Virus record (IMG/VR): IMGVR_UViG_3300027805_000001 | Reading direction: 5' to 3' (one strand) | From: an uncultured virus (IMG/VR IMGVR_UViG_3300027805_000001) | Taxonomy: Duplodnaviria; Heunggongvirae; Uroviricota; Caudoviricetes | DNA length: 64,000 nucleotides | Part shown: positions 18,232-28,745 of the stretch, piece by piece | How positions within the stretch are numbered: the first letter of the stretch is position 1 | Layout: each line of letters begins with the position of its first letter | Notes under the pieces: generated by a model | What the model saw: the letters and a program-made list of their open reading frames with translations, nothing else | Told to the model about the DNA's origin: nothing | Database searches by the model: none | Program-made: the position numbers and the translations under genes

Positions 18232-19329
18232 TTAAAAATCTACCTCAAAGTTTACGGTTGAATCATCACGTACAATGGTTCCAACTTTATACTGATTGTT
18301 ATCTTGTTCCTGTGGAGCAGCTTGCGATTTTCCAATGTTAATCCAGTCTTCTAAGTGAGGCATAGGGTTGGTCCTCGGGAACTTGTGCTCGCTCTCTATG
18401 TCAAGAAACTGGTAGACATCACGGGCATTGAAGAGCACCCAGTTCTTGACCTTTGACGCGTTGGTGCCAACAAGCTCACGCCCCTCGCTAAAGAGGTAAT
18501 CTGTCCATGTCAATTCGCTGTCAACGACCTCATCGCAGAGTGCCTTGATGCGTGGCTTGAGGCGGCGATAGGCATCCTGCCCACGCTCGGTTGCAAGCTC
18601 CACGCGAAGTACCTCCTTGTCAAATTCTGCATGCACCTCTAACTCATCCTGCGCAATCTTCTGTACTGCCTTTCCAACTGGTTGAAAGTAGTTTGTGCTG
18701 CAAATGGTAAAGGTAATGCCAAAGCTTGCAGTGAACTGTACTCGCTCGAGTAGCAAAAGGGCTACTACGGTCATGAAAATTACATCATAGGCATCATCCT
18801 TTGAAATGATTCCTAAGGCATATTGATGTGATGCAACATGAAGGTCATCAAATATCTGCTTGACAATAGTAAGACGTGTAAGACTTTGTTTAACTGACAG
18901 TATATCAGCCAGCACCTTTTCAGGGTCGTCAAAGCACATTCGCACGATTTCGCTGTAAGTGGCAGCGTGCACGATCTCATTGTCAGATATACGCTGCCAC
19001 GCCGCCCAAAGCGAGCTGTCACTAATAAATGGTGCCATGAGCGGTGCAACACTGCGAGATGCAACGCTATCTGCCTCCCATTGCCACGCAAGAGTCCTTA
19101 TCATCATATCGTATACTGGGCGGGGGCAGTTCTTAAAGTCAATGTTGCACTGCGTGTAATCAAACTCATCCTCTGACCAGTCTAGTGACTTCATAGTCTT
19201 GTAGATTGACCAGATATTAGGATAGTGCTTATTGACTGTATCAAACAGTCCAGGATCATCCCCTAGAAAAAGTGGTGACTTTGCACGATATTGTTCTGGG
19301 GTCTTGTCGGTGTTGAATACTTTGCTCAT
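18232..19329 (-). CDS. nrdB: ribonucleotide reductase class Ia beta subunit
   Basis: EIVHAATY, ERVQFTASF, QDELEVH iron ligands; PQEQD C-terminus. Confidence 0.95.
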   Translation of the reverse strand: MSKVFNTDKTPEQYRAKSPLFLGDDPGLFDTVNKHYPNIWSIYKTMKSLDWSEDEFDYTQCNIDFKNCPRPVYDMMIRTLAWQWEADSVASRSVAPLMAPFISDSSLWAAWQRISDNEIVHAATYSEIVRMCFDDPEKVLADILSVKQSLTRLTIVKQIFDDLHVASHQYALGIISKDDAYDVIFMTVVALLLLERVQFTASFGITFTICSTNYFQPVGKAVQKIAQDELEVHAEFDKEVLRVELATERGQDAYRRLKPRIKALCDEVVDSELTWTDYLFSEGRELVGTNASKVKNWVLFNARDVYQFLDIESEHKFPRTNPMPHLEDWINIGKSQAAPQEQDNNQYKVGTIVRDDSTVNFEVDF

Positions 19330-19331
19330 GG

Positions 19332-21629
19332 TTACAATGTACAACTTTCGCAGTATTGGTCATCTTTCGGTGGTTGTGGTTCTTCATATATTTTTACTGC
19401 AGATACCACAGCGTTCTCTGTCTTTGTGAGGTCTATACCCGATGAAGTCAGACTGTTGACGTAGTAGCGAGTCTTCATACCGTACTTAACCATATCAAGG
19501 TAGTCTTGGATGATGGCTGCGCTTGACACCTTTTCATCACCTTGAATCTTAACGAAGAGGTCGGCGCTGATTGCCTGATCGGTCCACTTTTGCATGATGG
19601 CATAGACCTTGATCATGTCAGATGTTTTGATGTCCCACGCAGACTGGTAGCGGTTCTTCAGCTTAGTACCATCAGGCGCTGCCCAATGATTCACCTGTGT
19701 GTCGTTTGTCTTCATGATATACAGCTCGCGGACAGGGTACGGGCCATTGGTCGTACCTGCTGCAATCGTTGAGCTCTCACCTGGCATGTGCGCCACCAAT
19801 ACCGAGTTGCGAATACCTTTGTTAGCGATTATCTGCTGGCGCAGGCCTTCCCAGTCACGCTTCAGCCCAACGGTGACGAGCTCGTCTACACGTTTCTCAT
19901 ATGTATCAATTGGCAACCAACCTTCGGGCCACCTCGTCTTGCACATCCACTCAGCATTACCAAGCTCTTTGCCTAGACGAAGAGAGGCATTAATAAGGTG
20001 CCACATATGCGTCTCTGATATCTCATGTATGAAATTGCGACCATCTCGTGTATCATATAGTCTGCCTTCCTTTGCCATCAGGTGCGCCAATCCAAGAATA
20101 CCAACACCTGCAGAAAGACGGGCTTTTGCTGTATGTTCAAGGCTCGGGAAAACATAGTCTGATTTGTGGATACATACGTCAATCATCTTTAACGCGTAGT
20201 ACGCAACCTCTGCGTATTGCTCATCGTTCTCAATGTTGGAAACAATAATTCCTGCAAGTGAACATAGACCAATCTCGCCGTCTTTTTTCTCATCGTACTT
20301 TTTCTTATAAAGATCTTCAACTGACGCGTAATGTTTTGTAGGTATTCCTATTTCTGCGCATAAATTGGAAGAGAATATAGTCTCTTTAAAAGGTGTGTGA
20401 ATGTTAAGAGCATCCGTCATGTGCAAGTACTGCACCCCCGTCTCGTACGCTTGGGTTAATGCACCCAGTAAAACTTCTCGGGCTGACAATTTAACTTTAG
20501 CATTCTTTTCATATTCAGTATAAAGCTTTTCAAAAACAGATTGATCCTTAGCGTACTGAGCGAAATATAAATCTGGCCGTTCACCAAATGAGAATGGAGC
20601 GTACTGCTCATTCTTGGCAACCTTACGTGCAAACAATTTATTGGAGCCAAAACTATAATGACAGCCGGAGATTTTCTTTGTTGCTGGTGTAAGTGGATGA
20701 CGAAGCTTCTGAATCACCTCAACTTCTGGGTCATATGCTGTATAGTACACAGTAGCAGCACCCCCGCGCCCGTTTTGAAGATTTGCTCCAATAGCTCCTA
20801 CCATTGAACGATAGTATGGAAGCTTACCCTGGTGCTGAACAAGACCACCACGAACAGCATCACCGAGAGAACGCGTATTGATATGCGTGCCTATACCAGC
20901 ACTCATGACTGTCATCATATATGCTATGTGATCACCAGCAGCAAGAGAAGGCGCTGTATCATCAGTTGTGTAGAGACAACAAGAAGCATACCCATTAAGC
21001 TTTGTTCCTAAGTTAACATAGTTTGGTGTTGGCGCATTGAGTCGATTGTGGCTAAAGTGCTCGTACCATTTTGAAATATGATGTAATCGTTCGTCCTTTG
21101 GCAGCTTTTCAGCGAGAGCCATAGCCATGCGCATGTAAACAAACTGTGGTGTTTCATATTCTTTGCCAGTCTTCTTGTTGCGCAGGGCATACTTGTATCT
21201 AATCTGATTTATCTGATAGTGCGGATACTTAAGGTCCTGTTTATGATCAATGATGCTCTCTATTTGATCATATTCCTCATCTGAGTAATCTAGTTTTACC
21301 ATCATTCCAACTTCGGCAAGCTGCAAGTGGAGTTGCTTTACAGTTGGCCGCTTTTTGTCGTAAATGACTCTCTCAAGAAGAGCGGCATAGAGGCGTCCAG
21401 CCATACGATTGTGTTCCCACGTCTTCTTGCTTAGGCAGACTTTTATCAGTGTCTCTTGCAGTAAAAGTGAAGTGCAAATTTCTGGGCATTGGTTAACTGC
21501 TTCAAGCACCACTGATGCCCAATCCATTTGAGAACCAAGAGAGCGTGCTGCCCAAGTGCCCCACCCATTTACTTTAGCAGGTGAAAAAGATTCCTGCGCG
21601 CCATTTCGTTTAACAATGCATTTGATCAT
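19332..21629 (-). CDS. nrdA: ribonucleotide reductase class Ia alpha subunit
   Basis: ATP-cone-like N-terminus, ASCC, SNLCAEI, CSLA, DQAIS, KTRYY, C-terminal CESCTL. Confidence 0.96.
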   Translation of the reverse strand: MIKCIVKRNGAQESFSPAKVNGWGTWAARSLGSQMDWASVVLEAVNQCPEICTSLLLQETLIKVCLSKKTWEHNRMAGRLYAALLERVIYDKKRPTVKQLHLQLAEVGMMVKLDYSDEEYDQIESIIDHKQDLKYPHYQINQIRYKYALRNKKTGKEYETPQFVYMRMAMALAEKLPKDERLHHISKWYEHFSHNRLNAPTPNYVNLGTKLNGYASCCLYTTDDTAPSLAAGDHIAYMMTVMSAGIGTHINTRSLGDAVRGGLVQHQGKLPYYRSMVGAIGANLQNGRGGAATVYYTAYDPEVEVIQKLRHPLTPATKKISGCHYSFGSNKLFARKVAKNEQYAPFSFGERPDLYFAQYAKDQSVFEKLYTEYEKNAKVKLSAREVLLGALTQAYETGVQYLHMTDALNIHTPFKETIFSSNLCAEIGIPTKHYASVEDLYKKKYDEKKDGEIGLCSLAGIIVSNIENDEQYAEVAYYALKMIDVCIHKSDYVFPSLEHTAKARLSAGVGILGLAHLMAKEGRLYDTRDGRNFIHEISETHMWHLINASLRLGKELGNAEWMCKTRWPEGWLPIDTYEKRVDELVTVGLKRDWEGLRQQIIANKGIRNSVLVAHMPGESSTIAAGTTNGPYPVRELYIMKTNDTQVNHWAAPDGTKLKNRYQSAWDIKTSDMIKVYAIMQKWTDQAISADLFVKIQGDEKVSSAAIIQDYLDMVKYGMKTRYYVNSLTSSGIDLTKTENAVVSAVKIYEEPQPPKDDQYCESCTL

Positions 21630-21639
21630 TACTTTTTCC

Positions 21640-21894
21640 TTATCCAAATAGGGTACTGCGAGTTGTAGACGGTCTTAAGTTGATCGCTGCTTCAGCATCA
21701 TTTTGAATGATAAGCTTCACGATCAACTGTCTACGAAATTCATTTATTTCTTGCGTGTTCAATCTTGATTGCCCAGCAGCAGCCCTTCTTTCATGTTCCT
21801 GATTGATTAGATATTCTACAGTGTCCATGTTGTAGTTCACTTTTGCTGAGGTCACTACAGTGAACAGTCTAGGGGGTGTTTCATCATATGTCAT
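21640..21894 (-). CDS. hypothetical protein
   Basis: 84-aa ORF with GGAG RBS. Confidence 0.6.
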   Translation of the reverse strand: MTYDETPPRLFTVVTSAKVNYNMDTVEYLINQEHERRAAAGQSRLNTQEINEFRRQLIVKLIIQNDAEAAINLRPSTTRSTLFG

Positions 21895-21959
21895 TGTAAC
21901 TCCAATGGCAAATTACGACTGAGCTGCATCAGGCTGCAGATAAAGTATTTCAGGACATG

Positions 21960-22574
21960 TTATTGAAAATTCATTTCTGGGCTGGTTGTAAATTCTCGCA
22001 TCTCTCTGATGCGCCTCATCCACCCACGACGGAATCGTTCTTGGCTTGGGTCATTCCTAATAATTGCTTCATAGAAAGCTTCGCGATAATCACAGATTAG
22101 GTTGCAGATCGTGATGTCACCCCTTGATAAGATGACCGCCTGAACTCCTCTGAGAGTTGCAGGGCCTACGTCACCATCTTCGGTGGCTCCAACCGCTCTT
22201 TGCAGAAATCTGCCTGAACGCCCAACGCCATGGTTGACTGCACCATCAAAATGAAGAATTGCTAGTCTAGGTGACATTAGGTCCAAATCATCGCAGTTAG
22301 CGGACAGCCAATATCTCCTAAAGTACACCCTTTTGGCACCTTCCCAATCTAGATTAGTAATGTCAAGATCTGGATTTGGGCGTTTGGCGACGCCAAATTT
22401 TGTCTCTCCTCCTCTATCGGCAGGATCATTTACATAACCAACAGCCCTACGTTGCTCTCTAGTTTGGATAAGTCCTTCCCGAACACCAGGAACATTTAAA
22501 TCCCAGTGAGATCCTACCTCATAGAGCATCGCATGATCTACTGCCTTTTCAAATGCTTTAGAAAATGTTACCAT
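21960..22574 (-). CDS. endolysin, glycoside hydrolase family 108 with PG-binding domain
   Basis: GYVNDPADRGGETKFGV, FDGAVNHG, DGDVGPAT, FRRGWMRR; TAAATA at 22602. Confidence 0.9.
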   Translation of the reverse strand: MVTFSKAFEKAVDHAMLYEVGSHWDLNVPGVREGLIQTREQRRAVGYVNDPADRGGETKFGVAKRPNPDLDITNLDWEGAKRVYFRRYWLSANCDDLDLMSPRLAILHFDGAVNHGVGRSGRFLQRAVGATEDGDVGPATLRGVQAVILSRGDITICNLICDYREAFYEAIIRNDPSQERFRRGWMRRIREMREFTTSPEMNFQ

Positions 22575-22614
22575 AAGGTCTCCTTTTTCTATTTGAGACC
22601 TTATTTATCGGCCG

Positions 22615-23124
22615 CTATCCTAAGATATCGCCAACAGTTCTACCATCAATCCACCTGTGTAAATCATGCGGACCACACACGATACCATAAAAAACAGAGC
22701 GACCGTGAAGGGTTTCTGGTCCTGTTGGGTGAATCATCGCTGATCCTTTCGGAATCATTGGATGAATTACAGATTCTTTTGGTAGGTAGTCTACTACCAT
22801 GGCTGAGGTTGTTGCAAGTTTTCCATCATCCGGCGAAAACAAAAACAGGCGATGTCCCATCGTTGCTGCCATAGCAATTGGGACACTATCTACTGTGTAA
22901 GTTTCCGTGTCAACAGCCAAGACGTACCAACTTGCTGGCAGGGCTATATCGAGGTTTTGCACTCTAATTTTAATAGTCTTGCCAGTAGTTTCTTCTAGGT
23001 ATTCAAGAGGTTCAAGCTTGAAATCTAGAGCATGGCCACTTAACGTCCAAAAATGTGACACTCCAATGGGAGATGACAAAGAACTTAAGATGTAGGGTCT
23101 AGAAGCTTCAGATATTATTTGCAT
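22615..23124 (-). CDS. hypothetical protein
   Basis: 169-aa beta-rich ORF downstream of UvsW. Confidence 0.7.
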   Translation of the reverse strand: MQIISEASRPYILSSLSSPIGVSHFWTLSGHALDFKLEPLEYLEETTGKTIKIRVQNLDIALPASWYVLAVDTETYTVDSVPIAMAATMGHRLFLFSPDDGKLATTSAMVVDYLPKESVIHPMIPKGSAMIHPTGPETLHGRSVFYGIVCGPHDLHRWIDGRTVGDILG

Positions 23125-23125
23125 G

Positions 23126-23326
23126 TTAACGTGTTTGCATTTGATTGTAGATGGCATCGACTGCGCGCTTCCATTCAGCTAGAGCATTCTTGGCTCGCTT
23201 CTCATCTTTCTTCAACACCTCGATAGCAATACACCCTGGCCCAATACCGTGGGAATATTGTATTCCTTCGTGCTTGAAGATGATAGACAGCGCGTCAGCC
23301 ATATCAGGTCGGCATTCAATTATCAA
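23126..23326 (-). CDS. hypothetical protein
   Basis: 66-aa ORF in operon. Confidence 0.55.
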   Translation of the reverse strand: MIIECRPDMADALSIIFKHEGIQYSHGIGPGCIAIEVLKKDEKRAKNALAEWKRAVDAIYNQMQTR

Positions 23327-23750
23327 GGTACATCCTTTTTAGAGTTTCAGCATCATGCCGTGCAAAGTTGCCACCAGCAAAGCGACCACCATAGCGGTTC
23401 CAGGTTTCAATTATACAATACTTGGTCTCATCCGCAGTGTAGGCTTCATTCCCTTCAGGTTGTAGAATAATCTCACAGGTTGAAAGGATGTGGGCTGGAA
23501 TCTCTCCGTAGTAAGTTTCAAGCTGGTGATCTGCCGACATGTTGTGCATGATAATGCTATTGAGGTTGGTCTCAGTCACCACGTCTTCTACAAGCACGTG
23601 TGCCCTGAGGCGCATACCAAGTTCGTCAGCTGCTCGAATAGCACCATCAAGCTGATCTGTTGAAAGATCTTTGGAGATGATTGCAACAGAAAGCAGTTGG
23701 TTTCGAACGTGACCGATGTCACCAATGCCGACTTGACGGATTGCCTTCAT
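23316..23750 (-). CDS. hypothetical protein
   Basis: 144-aa ORF coupled to uvsW by ATGA. Confidence 0.7.
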   Translation of the reverse strand: MKAIRQVGIGDIGHVRNQLLSVAIISKDLSTDQLDGAIRAADELGMRLRAHVLVEDVVTETNLNSIIMHNMSADHQLETYYGEIPAHILSTCEIILQPEGNEAYTADETKYCIIETWNRYGGRFAGGNFARHDAETLKRMYLDN

Positions 23751-25159
23751 AGCTTTGCCTTTACTACCTTCATGACTGGATATTGCGCCTCTTTATAGAA
23801 CTTGTTCCGTTCTCTAAAGTGCTTCTTCGACCACTTGAGGTTGCTGTGCACGTCCACAAGGTGCACGCGGTCCTTGTCACCCGACTTGCGGAGGCCACGG
23901 CCAATCGACTGAATGCACTTGATGAACGACTTGCCAGCATCAATCATGAATTCACAGAAGATGCGATCGATCGAGATGCCTGTTGACGCGATACCAAAAG
24001 TTGCGATGACGATGAGGTCATCGCGGTTCTCGAACATGTGGTACCACTCGGCGCGCACCTCGTTCTCAGTGGCGCCGTGCAGGAAGACGCTGTCCTTGAT
24101 GAGCTTCTGCAGCTCCTTGCCCTGCTTGATGGAGTTGACCAGCACAAGTGTGTTGCCGTACTGCTGCGCCTTCGCAATGATGAGGTCAGCAATGAAGTCA
24201 AGCCGATCGGCGTTCTTGTTGATGAACGCTCGCTCGCTACTGTAGTCAGGAAACTCCTCTTCAACCATCTCTTGGATCTCAACAGGTTCAATTTCTAGCT
24301 GTGCCAGGTAACCCATCCTAATGAGGTCGGCAGCGCTGATCTCGTAGAGGATATTACCAATGGCGCCGCGAAGCGACATCTGGTCGATCTTCGGTTTAGG
24401 GAAGGTGCCAGTGAAGCCGAAGCGGTATGCGCAGTGCTTACCGTGGTCATTGATCAGCTCGCCGATAGTTTTAGCGGAAGCGCCGTGTGCTTCATCAACG
24501 ATAATGCACTGGAAGTCGTGCATTACTACCGGATTATTCTGGAGTGACTGCCAAGTTGCGACCACCGTGTTGTGGTGAATATCCTTCTTTGAGCCACTAT
24601 AGACGCCAACGTCGAGCTGACCAAGCCTCATTGTTGCCGCCGTCTGCTCAACTAGATCTGATGACGGAACGATGACGATGACGCGATTACCAGCTCGATT
24701 CATGATCTTCGATAAGCCAGCAATCATCCACGTCTTTCCAGATCCAGTTGCCGCCAAGATAAAACCGGATCCTGCTTCAAGCGCGGCATTGACTGAATCT
24801 ACCTGGTAAGGACGAAGGACCACGCCGAGCTCATGCGCTGGGTCATCCTTGAAGAACTCTGGATAGATGCGCTCTTCTACCAGATCCACCGGCTTTCGAA
24901 GATCGCTGAGCTCAAGCTGGTACCCCCAAGCTTCGAGGTATGGGATGACCTCGTCAAGTAGACGAAAGTAGATCTTGCCGGTCTTGTCAAAAAATCTAAT
25001 GCGTCCGTCCCAGCGACCAAGCTTCACTAAAGGTTGAAAAAAGGCACCTTCAACCATCACCGCAAACTTGTCTTCAAGTGACTTGTGATCCTGTGGCTCA
25101 AGACCACTTATTTGGCAAAAAACCTCATCTCTGACAGTGATATACGCTGTTTTGGTCAT
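23747..25159 (-). CDS. uvsW: UvsW-like SF2 DNA helicase
   Basis: WDGRIRFF, LRPYQ, ATGSGKT, DEAH, TGT, QSIGRGLR. Confidence 0.93.
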   Translation of the reverse strand: MTKTAYITVRDEVFCQISGLEPQDHKSLEDKFAVMVEGAFFQPLVKLGRWDGRIRFFDKTGKIYFRLLDEVIPYLEAWGYQLELSDLRKPVDLVEERIYPEFFKDDPAHELGVVLRPYQVDSVNAALEAGSGFILAATGSGKTWMIAGLSKIMNRAGNRVIVIVPSSDLVEQTAATMRLGQLDVGVYSGSKKDIHHNTVVATWQSLQNNPVVMHDFQCIIVDEAHGASAKTIGELINDHGKHCAYRFGFTGTFPKPKIDQMSLRGAIGNILYEISAADLIRMGYLAQLEIEPVEIQEMVEEEFPDYSSERAFINKNADRLDFIADLIIAKAQQYGNTLVLVNSIKQGKELQKLIKDSVFLHGATENEVRAEWYHMFENRDDLIVIATFGIASTGISIDRIFCEFMIDAGKSFIKCIQSIGRGLRKSGDKDRVHLVDVHSNLKWSKKHFRERNKFYKEAQYPVMKVVKAKL

Positions 25160-25557
25160 GCTGTAGAAAAACGAAAGTGTCGCTCAAGATTATGGCTGCG
25201 AATGTAGGAGATAGGATTCGGACCAGTGTTTGATCCATCACGCAGCACAATTATCAGCATCATCACTTTTGTCAAATCAGTTACAGCCATGCCACTGTCT
25301 GGCTCAAAACACGCCTTAATTTTTGTTCCATCTGCTTGTGTTTCATAGAACTCAACATTTGGTTCACCAGAAACTGCAGATATAAGCATTCTAACTGAAC
25401 GGTCTTCCTTGGCACCTGTTAGCGATTTAATGTCATCAGCCGAAACCGTAACAGTTCCGGGTCCTATGATGATTGGTGCGGCTCCACCACTGTTTACGGT
25501 GTATGATCCACCAATTACCGATGGTGCCGTTGCTTTAGAAATTTTAAATGACGACAT
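25156..25557 (-). CDS. hypothetical protein
   Basis: 133-aa ORF in operon. Confidence 0.65.
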   Translation of the reverse strand: MSSFKISKATAPSVIGGSYTVNSGGAAPIIIGPGTVTVSADDIKSLTGAKEDRSVRMLISAVSGEPNVEFYETQADGTKIKACFEPDSGMAVTDLTKVMMLIIVLRDGSNTGPNPISYIRSHNLERHFRFSTA

Positions 25558-26005
25558 CTTGTAGTTCCGCTACTCGTAGTTTAACTATGTTTCCCACCAT
25601 CCATCCCATCTGTTTGAAGCTTTCAACTATAGCATCAAGCTTTTGGTACAGAAGCGTTGCCTCAATGATTAGCTGATTATGTTCCACCATCTCTTTTTCG
25701 CCAGCGACAAGTGTAGACGTTTCGCGCGCCCCGTACGCTCGCTGACCTTGAAGGTAGTTCTTAGTCAGACGTGCTTCAATTCTAGCCTTTGAATTTTCTA
25801 ACCACTTGACTAGCTGATGCGCTTCTTTGGCAAGCTGATCATAGTGCGACTGGTGATAAGGTAAGGAACGCGCTATCTCTTCTAAACGCCTTCCTTCTAA
25901 CTCAAACAAAGGTTCTGCCTTTTCAATTTCCTTTGAATACCTGTCAAAGAAGAGCATCAGCTCTTCTCCAAGCTTCGTTTCATCTATGGTTAGAAAAGCT
26001 GTCAC
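25544..26005 (-). CDS. uvsY: UvsY-like recombination mediator
   Basis: Helical 153 aa ending FKQMGWMVGNIVKLRVAELQD; lies between uvsX and uvsW. Confidence 0.75.
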   Translation of the reverse strand: MTAFLTIDETKLGEELMLFFDRYSKEIEKAEPLFELEGRRLEEIARSLPYHQSHYDQLAKEAHQLVKWLENSKARIEARLTKNYLQGQRAYGARETSTLVAGEKEMVEHNQLIIEATLLYQKLDAIVESFKQMGWMVGNIVKLRVAELQDVVI

Positions 26006-26268
26006 TCTTTATCTCTATTAGAAATTATGAACTCGTTGGTATTGTAGTTGAAGTCAACAGTTTTATCAGCTAACAGTGTTGATGTTTGAAAATCAGCGAC
26101 AACAAATGGCACATGTGATATTGTACTATCACCGGCTTTTAGTTCAGCATTAGGTATTAGGTCGATCAAAGACCCTGCTTCAATAGAACCTGTTGCTTGA
26201 ATTCTGAATATACCGCCCGGCTCTAAGAGTTGCAAGATCTTAGAGCGGGCGCAAAGTGTTATACGCAT
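26002..26268 (-). CDS. IscA/HesB-like protein lacking Fe-S cysteines
   Basis: MRITxxAxxKI...FRI...VVADxxTxxLLxDxTVDF...F.ISN resembles the A-type carrier fold. Confidence 0.5.
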   Translation of the reverse strand: MRITLCARSKILQLLEPGGIFRIQATGSIEAGSLIDLIPNAELKAGDSTISHVPFVVADFQTSTLLADKTVDFNYNTNEFIISNRDKE

Positions 26269-26303
26269 ATTAACGGGCCTCTTCAAAGAGGCCCTAATCA
26301 ATA

Positions 26304-26480
26304 TTACTCTTCGCCGTCGTCAGACTTCTTCGGTAGTAGACTGAGCTCCTCAACGGCGGCGCGGAAGGCCTTGTTGAGCTTGCCAGTAGAGGTTACGATC
26401 TCAATGGTATCCTTGTCGTCAACGGACTTCTTGATGATGAAACCGCCGTTGACGAACTGAATGGTTACTTGGTTAGGCAT
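26304..26480 (-). CDS. hypothetical protein (58 aa)
   Basis: Manual translation MPNQVTIQFVNGGFIIKKSVDDKDTIEIV...; GGAG RBS. Confidence 0.65.
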   Translation of the reverse strand: MPNQVTIQFVNGGFIIKKSVDDKDTIEIVTSTGKLNKAFRAAVEELSLLPKKSDDGEE

Positions 26481-26482
26481 AA

Positions 26483-27613
26483 TTACTCCTTCTTGCCGCG
26501 CTTCTTAGCGGCTGGTTGTGGTTGTTCATCTTGATCGATGATGTTGTCAATGTCATCTTCACTTGGTTCTGGTCCGCCTCTAGCGATAAGTGGCTTACAT
26601 GCCGGGTGCTCCAGTAGCTGCAGAGCGATTTCCTCATTGAAATCCTTCTCGCGGAAGGATACTTTGTGGATCTCACCAGTGCCTTCATCAGTCCACTCAG
26701 CCACCCAGTTAAGCTTCTCACCAGGTTGAGTGCCCTTTGCGATGACCTTCATTTCCTCAAGCATCTGGAGAAGACCTGTGACAGGTGACATGCCACTGTT
26801 GTATGGGACCTCAAGCTCAACCTTGGTACCAATCTTTGCGAAGCGGGACTTGTATGTCTCGAAGCGCATGCGTACCCCAACGATCTCATTCTCTTCTTTG
26901 AGCTTGAGCTTCGTGACAATACCGATGATAGAGCAAGAAAACTTGGTGGAGTTGGTGATTGCCCAAGCACCGTCACCCAGCATGATGTCCTGAGGGTAGA
27001 CGTGGTCAGTAATGAGCATGGTGATCGGAAGCCGACCAATCTGACCAAGCGCCAACCTCAACATTGCCTTACGTCGCTTTGCGAGCTGACCTTGATCACC
27101 CTTAATGACGCCCTTGTCATAGTTCTCCATCTCGGTGCTGGATGAGAGCATCGCCAGACTATCAAGAACGATGAGGGTCTTCTGAGCATCGAGGTTGTCC
27201 TTACCGAATGCCTTCTTGTATCCGGTGAAGAACTCAGAAAGAACTGAATTGACGTCCTCAATAGTTGCTACTGAGATATAGGTCAGGTGCTCAGGGTCGA
27301 TATTGCATCCGATCTTTCCCAGGTAATCAACGTCAATCGCATGCTCACTGTCCAGGTAGACAACGTGATAGCCTTGCACCTGCGCCTGCTTGGTGATGTT
27401 GCCCGCGATAAAACTTTTGCCGGAACCCGAAGGACCAGCAAAAAGCGTGATCTTTGCGAGGGGGACGCCCTTCTTGAAGTCACCGCTAAGAGCCCGATTA
27501 AGGGCGTAATTACCAGTTGAAAGCCAGTGAGTAGTCTCAGGAAGACCAACTGCCACCGTCTCTAGCTTGGCAACCTCTTTCTTAAACTTGTCTAGGAATG
27601 GAAGTCCTGCCAT
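26483..27613 (-). CDS. uvsX: UvsX/RecA-like recombinase
   Basis: STGNYALN, Walker A GPSGSGKS, DSEHA, VLDSL, KSRF. Confidence 0.93.
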   Translation of the reverse strand: MAGLPFLDKFKKEVAKLETVAVGLPETTHWLSTGNYALNRALSGDFKKGVPLAKITLFAGPSGSGKSFIAGNITKQAQVQGYHVVYLDSEHAIDVDYLGKIGCNIDPEHLTYISVATIEDVNSVLSEFFTGYKKAFGKDNLDAQKTLIVLDSLAMLSSSTEMENYDKGVIKGDQGQLAKRRKAMLRLALGQIGRLPITMLITDHVYPQDIMLGDGAWAITNSTKFSCSIIGIVTKLKLKEENEIVGVRMRFETYKSRFAKIGTKVELEVPYNSGMSPVTGLLQMLEEMKVIAKGTQPGEKLNWVAEWTDEGTGEIHKVSFREKDFNEEIALQLLEHPACKPLIARGGPEPSEDDIDNIIDQDEQPQPAAKKRGKKE

Positions 27614-27693
27614 AGATTGCTCCTTTTAAGGAATAGCCGACGCTACTCGCGATGCCTTAGGCACCTAGCGCGATCGCGCCGACCATGTTTCAA

Positions 27694-28596
27694 TTACTCA
27701 GCGCCTTGTGCTGCCTTCTGCTGCGCTGCGCGGAGACGGAGCTGCTCAACGACGCTAAGCTTCTTCTCACCAGCCGATGCTGCGGGGGAAGGAGAAGGAG
27801 CAGGGGTGTCATCATCGCTGCTGGAAAGTGCCTTAGAAAGCTTAGAAATGGCAGGAGTAGCAACAGGAGCTGCTTCCTTTTCACGAGTAGAAACAGAAGC
27901 ACCAGTCTGGTCAGCAATCAGCATCGCTTCAAGCTGTTCCATAGCAGTCTTCGGGGTGCGCCATGCCTTTAGGTCAAAGAGCTCGATAGCCTCAATGACG
28001 TCATCCCCAACATCAGTCATCTTCGGGGAGAAGCTAGAAGTTCCATAGTCGAAATATTCGCCAGACTGCGTCTTCTTGATGCGGAAGTTGTAGCCACCCT
28101 TCAGCTCGTACGGAGGGTTCTCAAGATCACCGCTCTGAAATGCTGCCTGGATCTGCTTAAAGATCTTAGGACCAAATTCGATGAGCTTCACAACTTCTTC
28201 AGCGTTGTGCTCAACCGGAGTTTCGAGAACAATGACCTGTCCAACGTAGCTCTTCTTGCGGTAGTACTTCTTACCGAGAGCCTCGTTGTGCTCAGGGTCC
28301 TTAGGATCATAGTACTTCTGCGACAGCGCGCAGATCGGGCAATCTTCACCAAACATCTTCAGACAGGCGACAGTTTCGCGCTTACCATTTACAACCAGTT
28401 CATGGGTCAGGTTTTCCACCAGGAAACCCATCGGGTTGTCTTCATCTTGGTCGGGTAGGAAACGGACAACAGAGACGCTGTCCTTAGGAGCTTTCCAGAA
28501 GGGAAAAAAGCTCCGCCATCTTTGATCGGTACCACCAGTACCGCCGGCTTTTTGTTCAAATGCTGCAGCCAGATCAGCCAAACTACGCTTTGCCAT
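27694..28596 (-). CDS. single-stranded DNA-binding protein (gp32-like)
   Basis: VRFLP, H...C..MFGEDCPIC, GYNFRIKK, DYGTSSF; low-complexity C-tail. Confidence 0.88.
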   Translation of the reverse strand: MAKRSLADLAAAFEQKAGGTGGTDQRWRSFFPFWKAPKDSVSVVRFLPDQDEDNPMGFLVENLTHELVVNGKRETVACLKMFGEDCPICALSQKYYDPKDPEHNEALGKKYYRKKSYVGQVIVLETPVEHNAEEVVKLIEFGPKIFKQIQAAFQSGDLENPPYELKGGYNFRIKKTQSGEYFDYGTSSFSPKMTDVGDDVIEAIELFDLKAWRTPKTAMEQLEAMLIADQTGASVSTREKEAAPVATPAISKLSKALSSSDDDTPAPSPSPAASAGEKKLSVVEQLRLRAAQQKAAQGAE

Positions 28597-28745
28597 GTCT
28601 ATCTCCTAAACGTTGAAAATAATGAAACATAAACTACAAACACTCCATTGTGTCTGCAGTCTATTTACGCTATTCTACACAACGTTTACAACTTTCCAAC
28701 CTGTTACAAGGTTGATGGGGAGATGGTCAGAACAGTAAATACTTT

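Noticed and set aside
28597..28660. U-rich gp32 leader as an autoregulatory operator
   Set aside because: Plausible by analogy with T4, but no pseudoknot or repeat structure could be shown by eye
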